From Bacteroidota bacterium (lineage in GTDB: Bacteria; Bacteroidota; Bacteroidia; Chitinophagales; Chitinophagaceae): a stretch of 64,000 bases of DNA. The position numbers were made by a program, and so were the translations under genes. Below are positions 47,991 to 59,430 of this stretch, one piece after another. The stretch is taken from the NCBI GenBank assembly GCA_018267915.1, contig JAFDXN010000059.1, positions 4,655 to 68,654 on the forward strand. The letters run 5' to 3'. The notes under the pieces are model-generated. The model saw only the letters and a program-made list of their open reading frames with translations. It did not search any database and was not told where the DNA came from. The number at the start of each line of letters is the position of its first letter. The first letter of the stretch is position 1.

Positions 47991-50900
47991 ATGAAAAGGC
48001 GCCAGCAGTTATCAAAAAGTGCTGTACAGGCTGTTGCTTCGCATGTAAGGAGGTCATTCTTCCTTATTAACGTGTTCATTGTCATATCGTTCATCTTGTA
48101 CCTGGTGCAGGGTTATTTTCTGTATAAACGTTCTGCCGAGTCGGACCAGCGCGTGATACATACCAACGACGAGCTGATGAACATTAAATCGGCCGACGCA
48201 CATGCCACCAAGATCGATGCAGCGTTAAAAGACTACCTGATAACCGGCAATCGTAAATTCGAGATAACCGTAAGGGAACAAATAGACGCCCTTAACCTCG
48301 ATCTCACTCACTTAGGGCAGTTGACCAAAGACGAGCCGGCGCAGCAGTCGCGCACCGCCACCGTGACACGCCTGCTGAGCCAAAAAATAAAGATAGCCGA
48401 TAGCATATTGAAGGTCCCGGTAAAGGTAGATCCCAGGATGGGCCTGAGCGATAAGCTGGCTGGTCTTGATAACCATATAAACAGCTACCTGGGTAAAATG
48501 CAGGTTGAGGCATACAATGTGCTGGCCCAGCGGACGGACAACAATAGATACTACAACAAATCGCGCGCGATATTTTCGCTGCTTAGTTATATCGTTATCA
48601 GCCTGTTACTAATAACTACGCTGTATAAGATAAATCAAAACATAAAGCGGCGCACCTTGGCCGAAGAGCGCGCCCGGCTGAACGAGGCTAAATACAAAGT
48701 GCTGGTGGAAGACTCGGGCCTGACAATGATAGTGATCAATAGTGGTGGCGAAATAAAGTTTGCGAGTAAGAACGTCACCGAACTGTTGGGCTTCAGGCCG
48801 GATTCGTTGATCGGGATGACTTTCCTCGAGGGCATGCCACGAAAATTCAGAAAGACGGCTGATGAGATCATATACTCGCTGGTAACGACCGGCAATTACA
48901 ATAATACGGCAGAGCTACAACTGTACACCGCCTCAGGAGAAAGCAAATGGGTATCGTGCCGCGTCTTTCCCGTGAGCCGCGAGAATGGCGAAACGAAAGA
49001 ATGGCAGGTAGTGATATGGGATATAGACGAGGAAAAGAAATTACAGCTGGAAATAGAGGCCATGGAAACAGAACGCCGCAACCAGCAAAAACTGATACAG
49101 GATATCATCGATAACATCCCCTGGGTCGTATATATCAAAGATCTGGATGGCCGCTACGTGCTCATCAATAAAAAGATGGAGGAAATGATGGGACTAGCCG
49201 CGGAGCAGATCATTGGCCAAACCGACGAACTGCTGATTACCGACAGTGCTCGCTACCTTGAATACAAATACTCGGACGACAAAGTCCGCATCCATAAGAC
49301 ACTCAGCACATTTGAAGATGTGATCAACCTGCCGGGCGGTGAAGTACAATACCTGTGGGTAACAAAGTTTCCGCTCCTGGATGAGCAGGGCAATGTGCGC
49401 AATATATGCGGCCTGGCTACCGATATCACCGAGCGTAAAGAAGTGGAGCTGAAACTGCTGAAGGCAAAAAAAGAAGCTGAACAGGCAAGGGCTGCACAGG
49501 AAAGCTTCCTGGCCAACATGAGCCATGAGATACGTACGCCTATGAATGGTATCATAGGCATGGGTAACCTGCTGTTAAGCACTGCTCTTAACGAAGAACA
49601 AAAAGACTTCACTGAGAATATACAGGAATCGGCACACAACCTGTTGGCTATCATCAATGACCTGCTTGATTTCTCTAAAATAAAATCAGGCAAATTTCAG
49701 CTGGAACATTCGCCTTTCAAAGTGAGGCAGTTATTAAACCGCACGCTGTACCCGCTCCAGTTCAAAGCAGATGAGAAGCTGATAGGGCTGGAACTGGAAA
49801 TAGATCCCAATGTGCCTGATGTGCTGGTGGGCGACAGCTTGCGACTGCAGCAGATAGTGATCAACCTGGTAGGAAATGCGATCAAGTTTACTTCCAAGGG
49901 CGGCGTATCCCTCAAGGTATCGGCCGGGCAGGAAGAAAAAGGCTATGTAGATATCCTGATCAGTGTAACAGATACCGGCATTGGCATCCCTGAAGCCAAG
50001 CTTGCATATATATTCGAGAGCTTCACGCAGAATAGTGCCAGTTCATCGCGCAAGTACGGTGGTACCGGCCTCGGCTTGGCCATCGTGAAGCAACTGGTAG
50101 AACTGCAATATGGTGAGATCTCTGTAAGCAGCACGGTAAACAAGGGATCTGTTTTTTCGCTGATGATTCCCTATAAGGTAGGTGTTGAAGTATCGGACAC
50201 AGAGGATCAGCTACATCACATTATTGAGTCGAAAAGTATGCTCAGCGGCATAAATATTTTGGTAGCCGAGGATAACCTCATCAACCAGAAGGTAGTAAAG
50301 AATACATTGCTGAAGCAGGGAGCAAGCGTAGAGCTGGCTTTTAATGGCAAAGAGGTGATAGAGCATCTGAAAAAGCGGGATTTCGATGTAATACTCATGG
50401 ATCTCCAGATGCCCGAGGTGGACGGCTACAGCGCCACGCGGTATATAAGAGCAGTAATGAAAAATAATATACCCATACTGGCTATGACCGCAGATGCGCT
50501 CAAGGGTGAAGCAGAACGTTGTTTTGAGGCGGGTATGACCGGTTTTATTTCTAAGCCCTTTGAACCTAAGGACCTTTACGAACAGATCTTACGCGCCCGA
50601 TCAGAAAGCGTGACAAGCATTATTTCAGCACAACAAAATAAAAGCGGTATGGAACAAGCTCCATTGCTGGACCTCAGCTATCTCTATGAGCTATCGGGCA
50701 ACGATCCCAAATACATCTATGATGTGATAGAAATATTCCTCGACAGCACACCAGGTGGCGTGGCCCAGTTGGGCGAACTGATACGCAATACGGACGACTA
50801 TGATGCGATCTACAAGCAGGCACACTCGCTAAAATCGAGTGTGGGCATTGTGAAGGTGCGCGATATGTTCGACAAGCTGGGTAAAATAGAAGAGATAGCA

Positions 50901-51020
50901 AGGGGCGACAGGAACAAGGCGGCCATTATATCGATATACGCTGAAGTGGAAAGCACTTTCAACCAGGCGATGCCCGAGATCATTGGCGCCATGGAGAAGA
51001 ATAAGCCGGCAGCGATCTGA
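47991..51020 (+). CDS. Hybrid sensor histidine kinase/response regulator (CHASE3-like sensor, PAS domains, HisKA, HATPase, REC, Hpt)
   Basis: 1009 aa. N-terminal TM - periplasmic helical domain - TM, then two PAS-like regions. H-box SHEIRTPMNGI, N-box VGNAIKFT, G-box GTGLGLAIV, a receiver with DLQMPEVDG, and a C-terminal Hpt with HSLKSS. Confidence 0.93.
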   Translation: MKRRQQLSKSAVQAVASHVRRSFFLINVFIVISFILYLVQGYFLYKRSAESDQRVIHTNDELMNIKSADAHATKIDAALKDYLITGNRKFEITVREQIDALNLDLTHLGQLTKDEPAQQSRTATVTRLLSQKIKIADSILKVPVKVDPRMGLSDKLAGLDNHINSYLGKMQVEAYNVLAQRTDNNRYYNKSRAIFSLLSYIVISLLLITTLYKINQNIKRRTLAEERARLNEAKYKVLVEDSGLTMIVINSGGEIKFASKNVTELLGFRPDSLIGMTFLEGMPRKFRKTADEIIYSLVTTGNYNNTAELQLYTASGESKWVSCRVFPVSRENGETKEWQVVIWDIDEEKKLQLEIEAMETERRNQQKLIQDIIDNIPWVVYIKDLDGRYVLINKKMEEMMGLAAEQIIGQTDELLITDSARYLEYKYSDDKVRIHKTLSTFEDVINLPGGEVQYLWVTKFPLLDEQGNVRNICGLATDITERKEVELKLLKAKKEAEQARAAQESFLANMSHEIRTPMNGIIGMGNLLLSTALNEEQKDFTENIQESAHNLLAIINDLLDFSKIKSGKFQLEHSPFKVRQLLNRTLYPLQFKADEKLIGLELEIDPNVPDVLVGDSLRLQQIVINLVGNAIKFTSKGGVSLKVSAGQEEKGYVDILISVTDTGIGIPEAKLAYIFESFTQNSASSSRKYGGTGLGLAIVKQLVELQYGEISVSSTVNKGSVFSLMIPYKVGVEVSDTEDQLHHIIESKSMLSGINILVAEDNLINQKVVKNTLLKQGASVELAFNGKEVIEHLKKRDFDVILMDLQMPEVDGYSATRYIRAVMKNNIPILAMTADALKGEAERCFEAGMTGFISKPFEPKDLYEQILRARSESVTSIISAQQNKSGMEQAPLLDLSYLYELSGNDPKYIYDVIEIFLDSTPGGVAQLGELIRNTDDYDAIYKQAHSLKSSVGIVKVRDMFDKLGKIEEIARGDRNKAAIISIYAEVESTFNQAMPEIIGAMEKNKPAAI

Positions 51021-51038
51021 CATAAAAACTGTATAACT

Positions 51039-51070
51039 AAGAGGGGCCGCTTGCAGCTCCTCTTTTTGTT
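51039..51070 (+). terminator. Rho-independent terminator after the hybrid kinase gene
   Basis: 9-bp stem aagaggggc/gctcctctt (one G-U pair) with an 8-nt loop, followed by TTTTTGTTTT. Confidence 0.7.
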
Positions 51071-51182
51071 TTAGATATTTTCAGAATTGCAATACAATTT
51101 CAGCGGCAATGGCCGGGGTTGCCATTGAACGGCCATAACTGTTAAAAAATCTTTCATTTTTGATGCGGTGCAAGCATATGTG

Positions 51183-51190
51183 TAATTTTG
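51183..51190 (+). promoter_or_regulatory. -7 promoter box (TAATTTTG) upstream of scpB
   Basis: Match to TAnnTTTG, 121 nt upstream of ATG 51311. Confidence 0.4.
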
Positions 51191-51310
51191 CATTTAGCTC
51201 AAACCCGGCAGGGACAAGGGTTTGAAATTTTACTCACAAGTGTTGATTTCTTTTTCCCCGCAAATAAGTACCCTGTACTATTTTCGATGTGAACAGTAAA
51301 TGCAGAAAGT

Positions 51311-51949
51311 ATGGATATCGAACAACTGATGCCCCATGTAGAAGCCTTGATATTTGCCAGCGAGCGCCCCATTACGCAAATGGAGATGGTGGAGATGCTG
51401 GGACAGGCTTTTGAAACGACAATAGAAATGGAGCGTATAGCCACCTGTATTGATGCTATACGCGAAAAATACGACGCACCGTATTATCCCTTCCAGCTTA
51501 GGGAAGCAGGGGGCGGTTACCAGTTCCTTACCAAGAAAGCATATCATAAGACGGTATTGCAGTTGAATGGCGACAAACACATCAAGAAGCTATCGGCTGC
51601 CGCTATGGAGACACTGGCTATCATAGCATACAAGCAACCCATTAGCAAGTCGGAGATAGAGTATATACGTGGTGTGAGTGCCGACTATTCTATCCAAAAG
51701 CTGCTGGAAAAGGAACTGATAGTAATAGCAGGCCGTAATGAACAGATGGTGGGCAAGCCACTGGTATATGCCACATCGAAGAACTTTATGGACTATCTGG
51801 GCATCAATAACCCGACGCAGTTACCTGAACTGAAAGACATTTCCAACATAGAGATAGTACTGCCTACCAACGGAACGGAGGCACAACCTGGGGATGAGGG
51901 AGCTCTGATAGTAACAGAGGATGGTTCCCTTCAGCATACCGGGGAGTAG
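51311..51949 (+). CDS. scpB: Segregation and condensation protein B
   Basis: 212 aa. VEALIFASERPIT and the winged-helix ETLAIIAYKQPISKSEIEYIRGV signature of ScpB. Confidence 0.9.
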   Translation: MDIEQLMPHVEALIFASERPITQMEMVEMLGQAFETTIEMERIATCIDAIREKYDAPYYPFQLREAGGGYQFLTKKAYHKTVLQLNGDKHIKKLSAAAMETLAIIAYKQPISKSEIEYIRGVSADYSIQKLLEKELIVIAGRNEQMVGKPLVYATSKNFMDYLGINNPTQLPELKDISNIEIVLPTNGTEAQPGDEGALIVTEDGSLQHTGE

Positions 51950-51970
51950 AGAGGAAGATCAGTTTTGCGG

Positions 51971-52003
51971 AAACCGTCCCCTTCGGCGTGGGGACGGTTT
52001 TTT
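51971..52003 (+). terminator. Rho-independent terminator after scpB
   Basis: Perfect 11-bp stem aaaccgtcccc/ggggacggttt with a UUCG-containing loop, followed by a T-run. It lies inside the N-terminal extension of ORF 51965. Confidence 0.85.
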
Positions 52004-52028
52004 AATTTTCCTAATACCGATACTATCG

Positions 52029-52036
52029 TATTTTTG
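52029..52036 (+). promoter_or_regulatory. -7 promoter box (TATTTTTG) for the M28 peptidase gene
   Basis: Match to TAnnTTTG, 19 nt upstream of ATG 52055. Confidence 0.5.
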
Positions 52037-52054
52037 CAGCCTAAACGCCTGTTA

Positions 52055-53737
52055 ATGGGTTTACGCGCTACCTCTTTTTTATTCTTACTGGTTATCATCT
52101 TCACGGCACAGCAGGCTGCGGCCAATAAAAAGAGCGACCGTAAAGCGGTGGCGCGTGTGAAGGCCGATATTTATTACCTGGCATCCGACAGCCTGGAGGG
52201 CCGCCGCACGGGAAGCGAGGGGGAGCGCAAAGCGGGTGATTATATAGAAAACAGGTACAAACAATTGGGCATACCTCCGTATAAAGAGCATTATCGCCTC
52301 CCTTTTCAGTTTCCATATGGGCGCGAGGTAGTAGCACCGGCTGAAGTGCGCATCGGGAAGATCGTTTTGAAGCAAGGTGAAGAAGTGGTATTGTTTCCGT
52401 TCAGCAAATCGGCCAGGGTGAAGAGTGAAGTGCTGCCCGATATACTTGAGACCGGCAAGATATGGCTGATGCCGCTGTACGCCGATGGCGACGAAGCGAA
52501 CAATCCGCATTTTGAATGGGAGAAAACAGTGTATGAGAAAGCCAGGGATGCGGCGAGGCAGGGCGCTTCAGCGGTGCTGTTTTACGATGGTTACGGATCA
52601 AAGTTCCCGCCTGAGTTCAACCGCCAGTCGGAGTATGAAACGGTGGATATCCCTGTAGCGTTTCTTACAAACCAGGCGTACAAAAAATATATAGCGGACG
52701 ATAAGTATGAAGAGTACATATCGGATGGAATGGCAGGCTTGCCCGTGGAAATGAATATCGCCATCAGGAAGGTAGAAAGAACGGGCACCAATATAGCTGC
52801 CTTCATAGACAATAAAGCGCCCTATACTGTTGTAATAGGAGCACACTACGACCATCTTGGTTTCGGTGAAGACGGCAATAGTCTTTATGCAGGCAAGGAC
52901 AAGTCTATACACAACGGTGCCGACGACAACGCGAGCGGCACTGCGGCGGTACTTGAGATGGCAGCACAGATCAATAAAAAGAGAAAGAAGTTGCACCACT
53001 ACAATTACCTGTTCCTGAATTTTTCAGGCGAGGAACTGGGACTGCTCGGTTCGAAAGCTTTCGTGAAGGAGACGGGACTTGACAGCACCAAAGTAGCCTA
53101 CATGATCAACATTGACATGGTGGGTCGGCTGAACGACAGTACACATGCGCTCACGATTGGTGGCATCGGCACCTCGCCGGCATGGGCGCAGTTCCTTGCA
53201 AAACCGAATAAGCTGTTCAAAGTTGTTGTTGATAGTTCAGGTATCGGCCCCAGCGACCATACGTCGTTTTACAATGCGGGGGTACCTGTGCTCTTTTTCT
53301 TCACAGGACTGCACAGCGACTACCACAAGCCAAGTGACGATGCCGACAAGATCAATTATCCGGGAGAGGTGGAGGTGATCAATTATATGGATGAGATAGT
53401 AACGCAGCTGGAAACAGAGCCCAAGCCAGGCTATACGGTAACCAAAGCACCTGCGATTGGCAAGACGAAATTTAAAGTTACCCTGGGCATTATGCCCGAT
53501 TATACCTTTAACGATGGCGGTGTGCGGGTAGACGGAGTGACTGAGGGAAAGCCGGCCATCAGGGCAGGCGTGAAAACAGGGGACATTATCGTGCAACTTG
53601 GCGATTATAAAGTGCAAGGCATGCAGACCTATATGGAGGCACTTGGGAAATTTGCATCGGGCGATAAGACCACTGTGACGGTAATGCGCGAGGGCAAAAC
53701 TGTGGTGTTGCCGATAGAGTTCAGCACTAATAAATAG
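52055..53737 (+). CDS. M28-family zinc aminopeptidase with C-terminal PDZ domain
   Basis: Signal peptide, M28 motifs GAHYDHLG and ADDNASGTAAVLE, and a PDZ-like C-terminus (GVTEGKPAIRAGVKTGDIIVQLGDYKV). Start set at ATG 52055 behind the terminator and promoter. Confidence 0.88.
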   Translation: MGLRATSFLFLLVIIFTAQQAAANKKSDRKAVARVKADIYYLASDSLEGRRTGSEGERKAGDYIENRYKQLGIPPYKEHYRLPFQFPYGREVVAPAEVRIGKIVLKQGEEVVLFPFSKSARVKSEVLPDILETGKIWLMPLYADGDEANNPHFEWEKTVYEKARDAARQGASAVLFYDGYGSKFPPEFNRQSEYETVDIPVAFLTNQAYKKYIADDKYEEYISDGMAGLPVEMNIAIRKVERTGTNIAAFIDNKAPYTVVIGAHYDHLGFGEDGNSLYAGKDKSIHNGADDNASGTAAVLEMAAQINKKRKKLHHYNYLFLNFSGEELGLLGSKAFVKETGLDSTKVAYMINIDMVGRLNDSTHALTIGGIGTSPAWAQFLAKPNKLFKVVVDSSGIGPSDHTSFYNAGVPVLFFFTGLHSDYHKPSDDADKINYPGEVEVINYMDEIVTQLETEPKPGYTVTKAPAIGKTKFKVTLGIMPDYTFNDGGVRVDGVTEGKPAIRAGVKTGDIIVQLGDYKVQGMQTYMEALGKFASGDKTTVTVMREGKTVVLPIEFSTNK

Positions 53738-53799
53738 TACATTACTTCTTTCCTCTTATTGGTAAAAGGCTTATTTTTAGCCGGTTAACAAGAAAACTT

Positions 53800-55248
53800 A
53801 TGAGAAACACTATCTTTTTACTGCTCATTGCAGTGACTTTCAACGTCTCTACTGCCCGTCCGTTACACTATAAGAATATGAATGTCGCGCAACGAAAGGC
53901 TGCGGCAAACCGTTTCAGAGAAAATTTATTGAGGGCAACAACCGTTCCTGCTCTGCAAGCTAAGAGCACCCAACTAGCTGAGCGACTTGTAGCCCAGAGC
54001 GCTTATATGGGAACATGGGCACTGGATTCCATGCAGTTTAAGTATCACGGCAGCATGGGTTCGAAATTCAACTTCAATGCGATGGCTTACAACACCGATT
54101 ACGAACTGGATGGTGCATACCCTTTGTATTTTCAGATGTTGGGTTTGACCTCGGGTCAAAATGACAGGCCGGAAGTGCAGGCGGATACGATGAAGACCTG
54201 GTATTCGGATCTTTTTACACCATTGTCGCCACTGGCTAAAACAGAAGACAGGATCAGCCTTTATAATGCAGCCAGTAATATTACCTCTCTGATCGACCTG
54301 TATGTGGATACGCCCAATGTCTGGAACACAAGGTATCTTAATACGTTCAATAATCAGGAGGCGATCACCACGTCGGTTTACCAGGAATATAACAATGGAT
54401 GGGACTCGATAGAGTTCAGGACCTTTATTTACAGCAATAATAAACTGGTAGCAGACAGTACTTCTCAGCACAATGGTCCGATCTGGGAGCCGATAGAGAA
54501 AAATGTCTACCAGTATAACGCGAATGGTGCACTCATCAAAGCAACTTCATACACCTATAATGGTACGGGTTGGGATCCTGCCGAGACGTATACAATGAGC
54601 TATGATGCCAGTAACAGGCTGAGTGTGTATATCGATTCGACCAATGGGATATCAGGTTGGGAGACGCTACAAAGGGATTCTATGGGCTATACCAATCCCA
54701 ATCCTTTTTACACTTTTTACCGCGACGAACAGTATAGCAATGGCCTGTTGTCGGAATATACTATCTCTACCAAACATGTGACGGGCGGATTAGTTGATAC
54801 TCTTCTAGAGACAAGCTATGACGCTACGGCAACGTACATTGACAAAAACTTCACGAAGTTTTTTTACGACTCTTATAACCAGCCGGTGACCGGAGCGCAA
54901 TATTACTACAACGACACAACATCACAATGGCAACAGGCATCCATGTACACATGGCATTACTATTACGAAACCTACACCCTCGATGTAAGTGATGTGGGCA
55001 CGGCTGCCGAAAATGTCCTGCTGTACCCAAACCCGGCTAAGAATATGTTCACCCTTACATGCAATAGCATTGGGGATAAAAATGGCTATATCGAGATTTA
55101 TAATTCTATAGGCCGCCTGGTCAAGTCTCTGCCTATAACCGCGCGGAAGATAGATGTCGATACGGAAACACTGCCGGCAGGTATATATATATGCAAGGTA
55201 ACAGTCGACGGGCAAAGCAGTTATCGCAAGCTGATGCTGGTGAGATAG
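53800..55248 (+). CDS. Secreted hypothetical protein with T9SS type-A C-terminal sorting domain
   Basis: 482 aa. Signal peptide. C-terminus LLYPNPAKNMFTL...GIYICKVTVDGQSSYRKLMLVR. Confidence 0.8.
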   Translation: MRNTIFLLLIAVTFNVSTARPLHYKNMNVAQRKAAANRFRENLLRATTVPALQAKSTQLAERLVAQSAYMGTWALDSMQFKYHGSMGSKFNFNAMAYNTDYELDGAYPLYFQMLGLTSGQNDRPEVQADTMKTWYSDLFTPLSPLAKTEDRISLYNAASNITSLIDLYVDTPNVWNTRYLNTFNNQEAITTSVYQEYNNGWDSIEFRTFIYSNNKLVADSTSQHNGPIWEPIEKNVYQYNANGALIKATSYTYNGTGWDPAETYTMSYDASNRLSVYIDSTNGISGWETLQRDSMGYTNPNPFYTFYRDEQYSNGLLSEYTISTKHVTGGLVDTLLETSYDATATYIDKNFTKFFYDSYNQPVTGAQYYYNDTTSQWQQASMYTWHYYYETYTLDVSDVGTAAENVLLYPNPAKNMFTLTCNSIGDKNGYIEIYNSIGRLVKSLPITARKIDVDTETLPAGIYICKVTVDGQSSYRKLMLVR

Positions 55249-55251
55249 CGG

Positions 55252-56310
55252 TCAGTCTTTCTTTTTACCACTCTTTGGGGAGCCTACCAGGAACCCGAAT
55301 GGTTGAAGCGGCTCGATATTGTCGAGTATGATCTTCACAATGCCCATCAGGGGTATTGCCAATATCATACCGGGCACCCCCCAAACCATTTCTCCTGCGA
55401 TAATGCACATGATCGTGAACATCGGGTTGATATTCACCCTTGAGCCTACAACAAGCGGCTCAAGCACATAGGTCTGGAAGGTTTGTACAGCGGCATATGT
55501 AACAATAACCCCTATCACCATACTCATGCTACCGCCCTGTGTAAAAGCCATCAACACGGTGATAGCCGTCCCGGTTATGTTGCCCACATAAGGTATTATT
55601 TCAAGAATGCCGCAGAGCACGGCGAAGAAAAGCGCATGCCGCACTCCGATAATACTAAATCCGATGCCATACATTACCCAAAGGGAGATGATCATGAGCC
55701 CCAGCCCGGATATATATTGCTCGGCCACCTTAGCGCTGTTTTGCATGATATGCTCGGCTTGCTTGCGGTGTGCCGGTGATACAAGTTTCGTTATAAACGC
55801 TTTCAGATGCCCGCGGTAAAATATGAACAGGAAAATATACACCACCGTCAGCAACAGGCTGCCCAGCGTGGAGGCTACCGAGCCGGCTACCCATATTAGC
55901 TGGTTGCCGGCATTACCGGATATTTTTTCCTGTTGTGCCTTCAGCAGTTCTTCCTGCTGCCTGGGGGCTATTCCTATGGTATTGCTGATGTAAGCTTCTG
56001 CATTATCTACCAGTTTCACCACCTGCCCTTCGATATTTGAGAAGTCTTGCGCAATGCCGCTAAGCTGCCAGGAAAGGATTGCCGCTACCCCCGAGACGAA
56101 GGCTGCCAATAGCAGTATGCAAATAAATGCCGCCGACGCCCGGTGTAACCCCATGCGTTCTATGCGCCGGCAGAGGGGCATCATGAGCATGGCTAGTAGC
56201 AGCCCGAAGGTGACAGGTACCAGGAATGCCTTTGCAATATACAAGCCGCCAAACAGCAGAAAGAAGAAAAGAAGTATTTGTACGGTCCTTGAAAGCGAAA
56301 TTTGGGTCAT
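55252..56310 (-). CDS. AI-2E family transporter (PerM/UPF0118)
   Basis: 352 aa, about 8 TM helices. Conserved C-terminal LAIPLMGIVKIIL-type segment. Confidence 0.88.
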   Translation of the reverse strand: MTQISLSRTVQILLFFFLLFGGLYIAKAFLVPVTFGLLLAMLMMPLCRRIERMGLHRASAAFICILLLAAFVSGVAAILSWQLSGIAQDFSNIEGQVVKLVDNAEAYISNTIGIAPRQQEELLKAQQEKISGNAGNQLIWVAGSVASTLGSLLLTVVYIFLFIFYRGHLKAFITKLVSPAHRKQAEHIMQNSAKVAEQYISGLGLMIISLWVMYGIGFSIIGVRHALFFAVLCGILEIIPYVGNITGTAITVLMAFTQGGSMSMVIGVIVTYAAVQTFQTYVLEPLVVGSRVNINPMFTIMCIIAGEMVWGVPGMILAIPLMGIVKIILDNIEPLQPFGFLVGSPKSGKKKD

Positions 56311-56453
56311 AATACGAAGCTGTTTAAAAACTGTACCCTTTGCACAATAGAAAGGTACATATATCAGCGCTGTTTTGATATCCAGGGATATCGAATACTG
56401 TATTTTCTAATGTTTCTGCATTTTCTATTCTTTATTAGCTGCTAATATTCCAT

Positions 56454-56461
56454 TAACTTTG
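56454..56461 (+). promoter_or_regulatory. -7 promoter box (TAACTTTG) for gcvP
   Basis: Match to TAnnTTTG, 35 nt upstream of ATG 56496. Confidence 0.5.
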
Positions 56462-56495
56462 CACATCTTTTTCAACCTTTCTTTTATAAATATTT

Positions 56496-59372
56496 ATGGA
56501 TCTTTTTTCCCTTCAGAACGAGGAATTCACAGGCAGGCATATAGGGCCTGACGCGCACGAAACAGAACAGATGCTGCGCATCATCGGTGTTAGCAAAATG
56601 GACGAACTCATCAGCCGCACGGTGCCGCAGTCGATACGCATGGACCATAAACTGAACCTGCCCGAGCCCTTGAGCGAAGCAGCTTACCTGCAACTGGTAA
56701 AGGAGATCTCACTGAAGAATAAAGTGTTCCGCAGTTACATAGGCCAGGGATATTACGATACACACACCCCGAGCGTAATACTCCGTAACATTTTCGAGAA
56801 TCCGGGATGGTACACCCAGTATACCCCTTACCAGGCTGAGATCAGCCAGGGCCGTCTTGAAAGCCTGCTCAATTTCCAGACCATGGTGAGCGACCTTACA
56901 GGCATGGAACTGGCAAATGCTTCACTGCTGGATGAGGCCACTGCCGCCGCCGAGGCGATGAGCATGTTTTTCCACACACTGAATAAAGACGAGCATAACC
57001 CTGAGCGACCTAAGTTTTTTGTGGATAATGATGTATTCCCCCAAACAAAGGACGTAGTCGTGACACGTGCGCTGCCACTGGGTATTGATGTGGTGTACGG
57101 CGATTATAGAAGTGCTGCTATTGATAATACCTACTTCGGTGCGCTGCTGCAATATCCTAACGATAAAGGCGGCGTGGAAGATTACAGGAGCTTTATTGCG
57201 AATACACATAATGCAGGCGCGTACGTGGCGATGGCTACTGACCTGCTGGCATTGACATTACTGGTATCACCCGGCGAATTGGGGGCTGATGTAGCACTGG
57301 GTTCCGCGCAGCGTTTCGGCGTGCCACTTGGTTATGGCGGTCCGCACGCAGCTTTTTTTGCAACCAAAGACGATTTCAAACGCCACATTCCGGGCCGTAT
57401 AATAGGTATCAGTGTTGACGCACAGGGCAACCGCGCACTGCGCATGGCACTGCAGACGCGTGAGCAACACATCAAGCGCGAAAAAGCGACTTCGAATATT
57501 TGTACGGCACAGGCCCTGCTGGCTAATATGGCTGCAATGTATGCAGTATATCACGGTCCCGACGGCCTGAAAAATATAGCCAAACGTACGGCAGTGCTGG
57601 CGCAAAGCCTGGGTGATACGCTCCTCGAAGCAGGATTTAGGCTGTACAGCAGGTATTATTTCGATACCATCGCCGTTTACGTCAACAACGATGAGCAGGT
57701 GCGCAAGAACGCTGAGAACATGGGTATCAACTTCCGCTACTTCGGCAATAACCTTGTAGGGGTATCGCTTGACGAAACCACCACGCCGAGTGATGTACTG
57801 GATATCATCTCTGTATTTACCAATAGTGAGGAACCGTCAGCTTTCGGTATCAACGAAGATACGGCCCTGATGAATATCCCATCGGCACTGACGCGCACAT
57901 CTGAGTTTCTCACGCAGCAGGTGTTCAATACACACCATAGCGAAACGAAAATGATGCGTTATATTAAGATGTTAGAAAACAAGGACCTGAGCCTGAACAC
58001 CAGTATGATATCGCTTGGCAGTTGCACCATGAAGCTGAATGCAGCCAGCGAGATGATGCCGCTGAGCTGGGCACACTGGAGCAAGATGCATCCATTTGCA
58101 CCGAAGGACCAATGTGAAGGCTATTTGCAAATGGCAAAAGAACTGGAAAGCTACCTGTGTGAGATCACGGCATTCGACGCATGCAGCTTACAGCCCAATA
58201 GCGGTGCACAAGGTGAATATGCCGGTCTCTTAACAATACGTGAATATCACCAAAGCCGCGGTGAAGCTCACCGTGATGTGATACTGATACCAATATCGGC
58301 ACATGGTACCAATCCTGCCAGCGCGGTGATGGTAGGCTACAAAGTAGTTGTAGTGAAGGCGCTCGAGAATGGGTATATCGATGTAGCTGATCTGAAGGCG
58401 AAGGCTGAACAACATGCAGCCAACCTGGCCGGCATCATGATCACCTATCCTTCTACCTACGGGGTATATGAAGAGACAGTAAAGGAAATAACTGACATAG
58501 TGCATCAGCATGGTGGCCAGGTGTATATGGATGGCGCCAACATGAACGCGCAGGTAGGCCTTACGGCTCCCGGCCTGATAGGCGCGGACGTATGCCACCT
58601 GAACCTGCACAAAACATTCTCAATACCGCATGGTGGTGGCGGTCCTGGTATGGGCCCTATCTGCGTTAAGTCGCACCTGGCGCCATTCCTGCCCGGCCAC
58701 GTGTTCAACGGCGGTAGGGAGCGTGGCCATGCAGTATCGGCTGCACCTTATGGTTCGGCAAGTATCCTGCTTATCTCCTACGCTTATATCAGGATGCTGG
58801 GCCCTGTGGGCGTGCGCAAGGCAACTAAATATGCCATCCTGAATGCCAACTATATGCGCGCCAGGCTGAAGGATCACTACGATATCCTTTATACAGGTAG
58901 CAATGGCACCTGTGCCCACGAATTCATTGTGGACCTCAGGCCCTTCAAGAAAAGCGCCGAGGTAGAGGCGGAGGATGTGGCAAAGCGTTTGATCGACTAC
59001 GGTTTCCATGCACCTACCATGAGCTTTCCCGTGGCCGGTACTATCATGATAGAGCCAACAGAGAGTGAAGACAAAGGCGAACTCGATCGCTTCTGCGATG
59101 CACTGATAGCAATACGGGAAGAGATACGCACCATTGAGGAGGGCAAAGCCGATAAAGTGGACAACGCGCTTAAGCATGCGCCGCATACGCAATTTGTGAT
59201 AACAGCGGATGAATGGAACCATAAATATAGCAGGCAGGAAGCTGCTTACCCGCTGCCCTACGTGAAGAACAATAAATTCTGGCCAAGCGTAGCACGTGTA
59301 AATAATACTTACGGTGACCGTAACCTTGTATGCACCTGCGAGCCTACCGAGGCTTACCTGGAAGAGGCATAA
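56496..59372 (+). CDS. gcvP: Glycine dehydrogenase (aminomethyl-transferring), glycine cleavage system P protein, single-chain form
   Basis: 958 aa. FIGPDA-type N-terminus, [14 protein letters not shown], and the PLP-lysine region [18 protein letters not shown]. Confidence 0.97.
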   Translation: MDLFSLQNEEFTGRHIGPDAHETEQMLRIIGVSKMDELISRTVPQSIRMDHKLNLPEPLSEAAYLQLVKEISLKNKVFRSYIGQGYYDTHTPSVILRNIFENPGWYTQYTPYQAEISQGRLESLLNFQTMVSDLTGMELANASLLDEATAAAEAMSMFFHTLNKDEHNPERPKFFVDNDVFPQTKDVVVTRALPLGIDVVYGDYRSAAIDNTYFGALLQYPNDKGGVEDYRSFIANTHNAGAYVAMATDLLALTLLVSPGELGADVALGSAQRFGVPLGYGGPHAAFFATKDDFKRHIPGRIIGISVDAQGNRALRMALQTREQHIKREKATSNICTAQALLANMAAMYAVYHGPDGLKNIAKRTAVLAQSLGDTLLEAGFRLYSRYYFDTIAVYVNNDEQVRKNAENMGINFRYFGNNLVGVSLDETTTPSDVLDIISVFTNSEEPSAFGINEDTALMNIPSALTRTSEFLTQQVFNTHHSETKMMRYIKMLENKDLSLNTSMISLGSCTMKLNAASEMMPLSWAHWSKMHPFAPKDQCEGYLQMAKELESYLCEITAFDACSLQPNSGAQGEYAGLLTIREYHQSRGEAHRDVILIPISAHGTNPASAVMVGYKVVVVKALENGYIDVADLKAKAEQHAANLAGIMITYPSTYGVYEETVKEITDIVHQHGGQVYMDGANMNAQVGLTAPGLIGADVCHLNLHKTFSIPHGGGGPGMGPICVKSHLAPFLPGHVFNGGRERGHAVSAAPYGSASILLISYAYIRMLGPVGVRKATKYAILNANYMRARLKDHYDILYTGSNGTCAHEFIVDLRPFKKSAEVEAEDVAKRLIDYGFHAPTMSFPVAGTIMIEPTESEDKGELDRFCDALIAIREEIRTIEEGKADKVDNALKHAPHTQFVITADEWNHKYSRQEAAYPLPYVKNNKFWPSVARVNNTYGDRNLVCTCEPTEAYLEEA

Positions 59373-59392
59373 GCAATAACTAATTACATAAT

Positions 59393-59430
59393 AAAGGAAG
59401 TGCCCTAACCGGGGCACTTCCTTTATTTTT
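59393..59430 (+). terminator. Rho-independent terminator after gcvP
   Basis: Perfect 13-bp stem aaaggaagtgccc/gggcacttccttt, followed by a T-run. Confidence 0.85.

Noticed and set aside
48860-48867. Hammerhead-like CTGATGAG core.
   Set aside because: It lies inside the hybrid kinase coding sequence. No properly spaced CGAAA partner or flanking stems are present. It is a chance occurrence.
56311-56495. Glycine riboswitch upstream of gcvP.
   Set aside because: The leader from the TAACTTTG box is only about 30 nt. The upstream 185 bp is AT-rich and lacks the GGAGAG...ACCGAAGGGGCAA cores.
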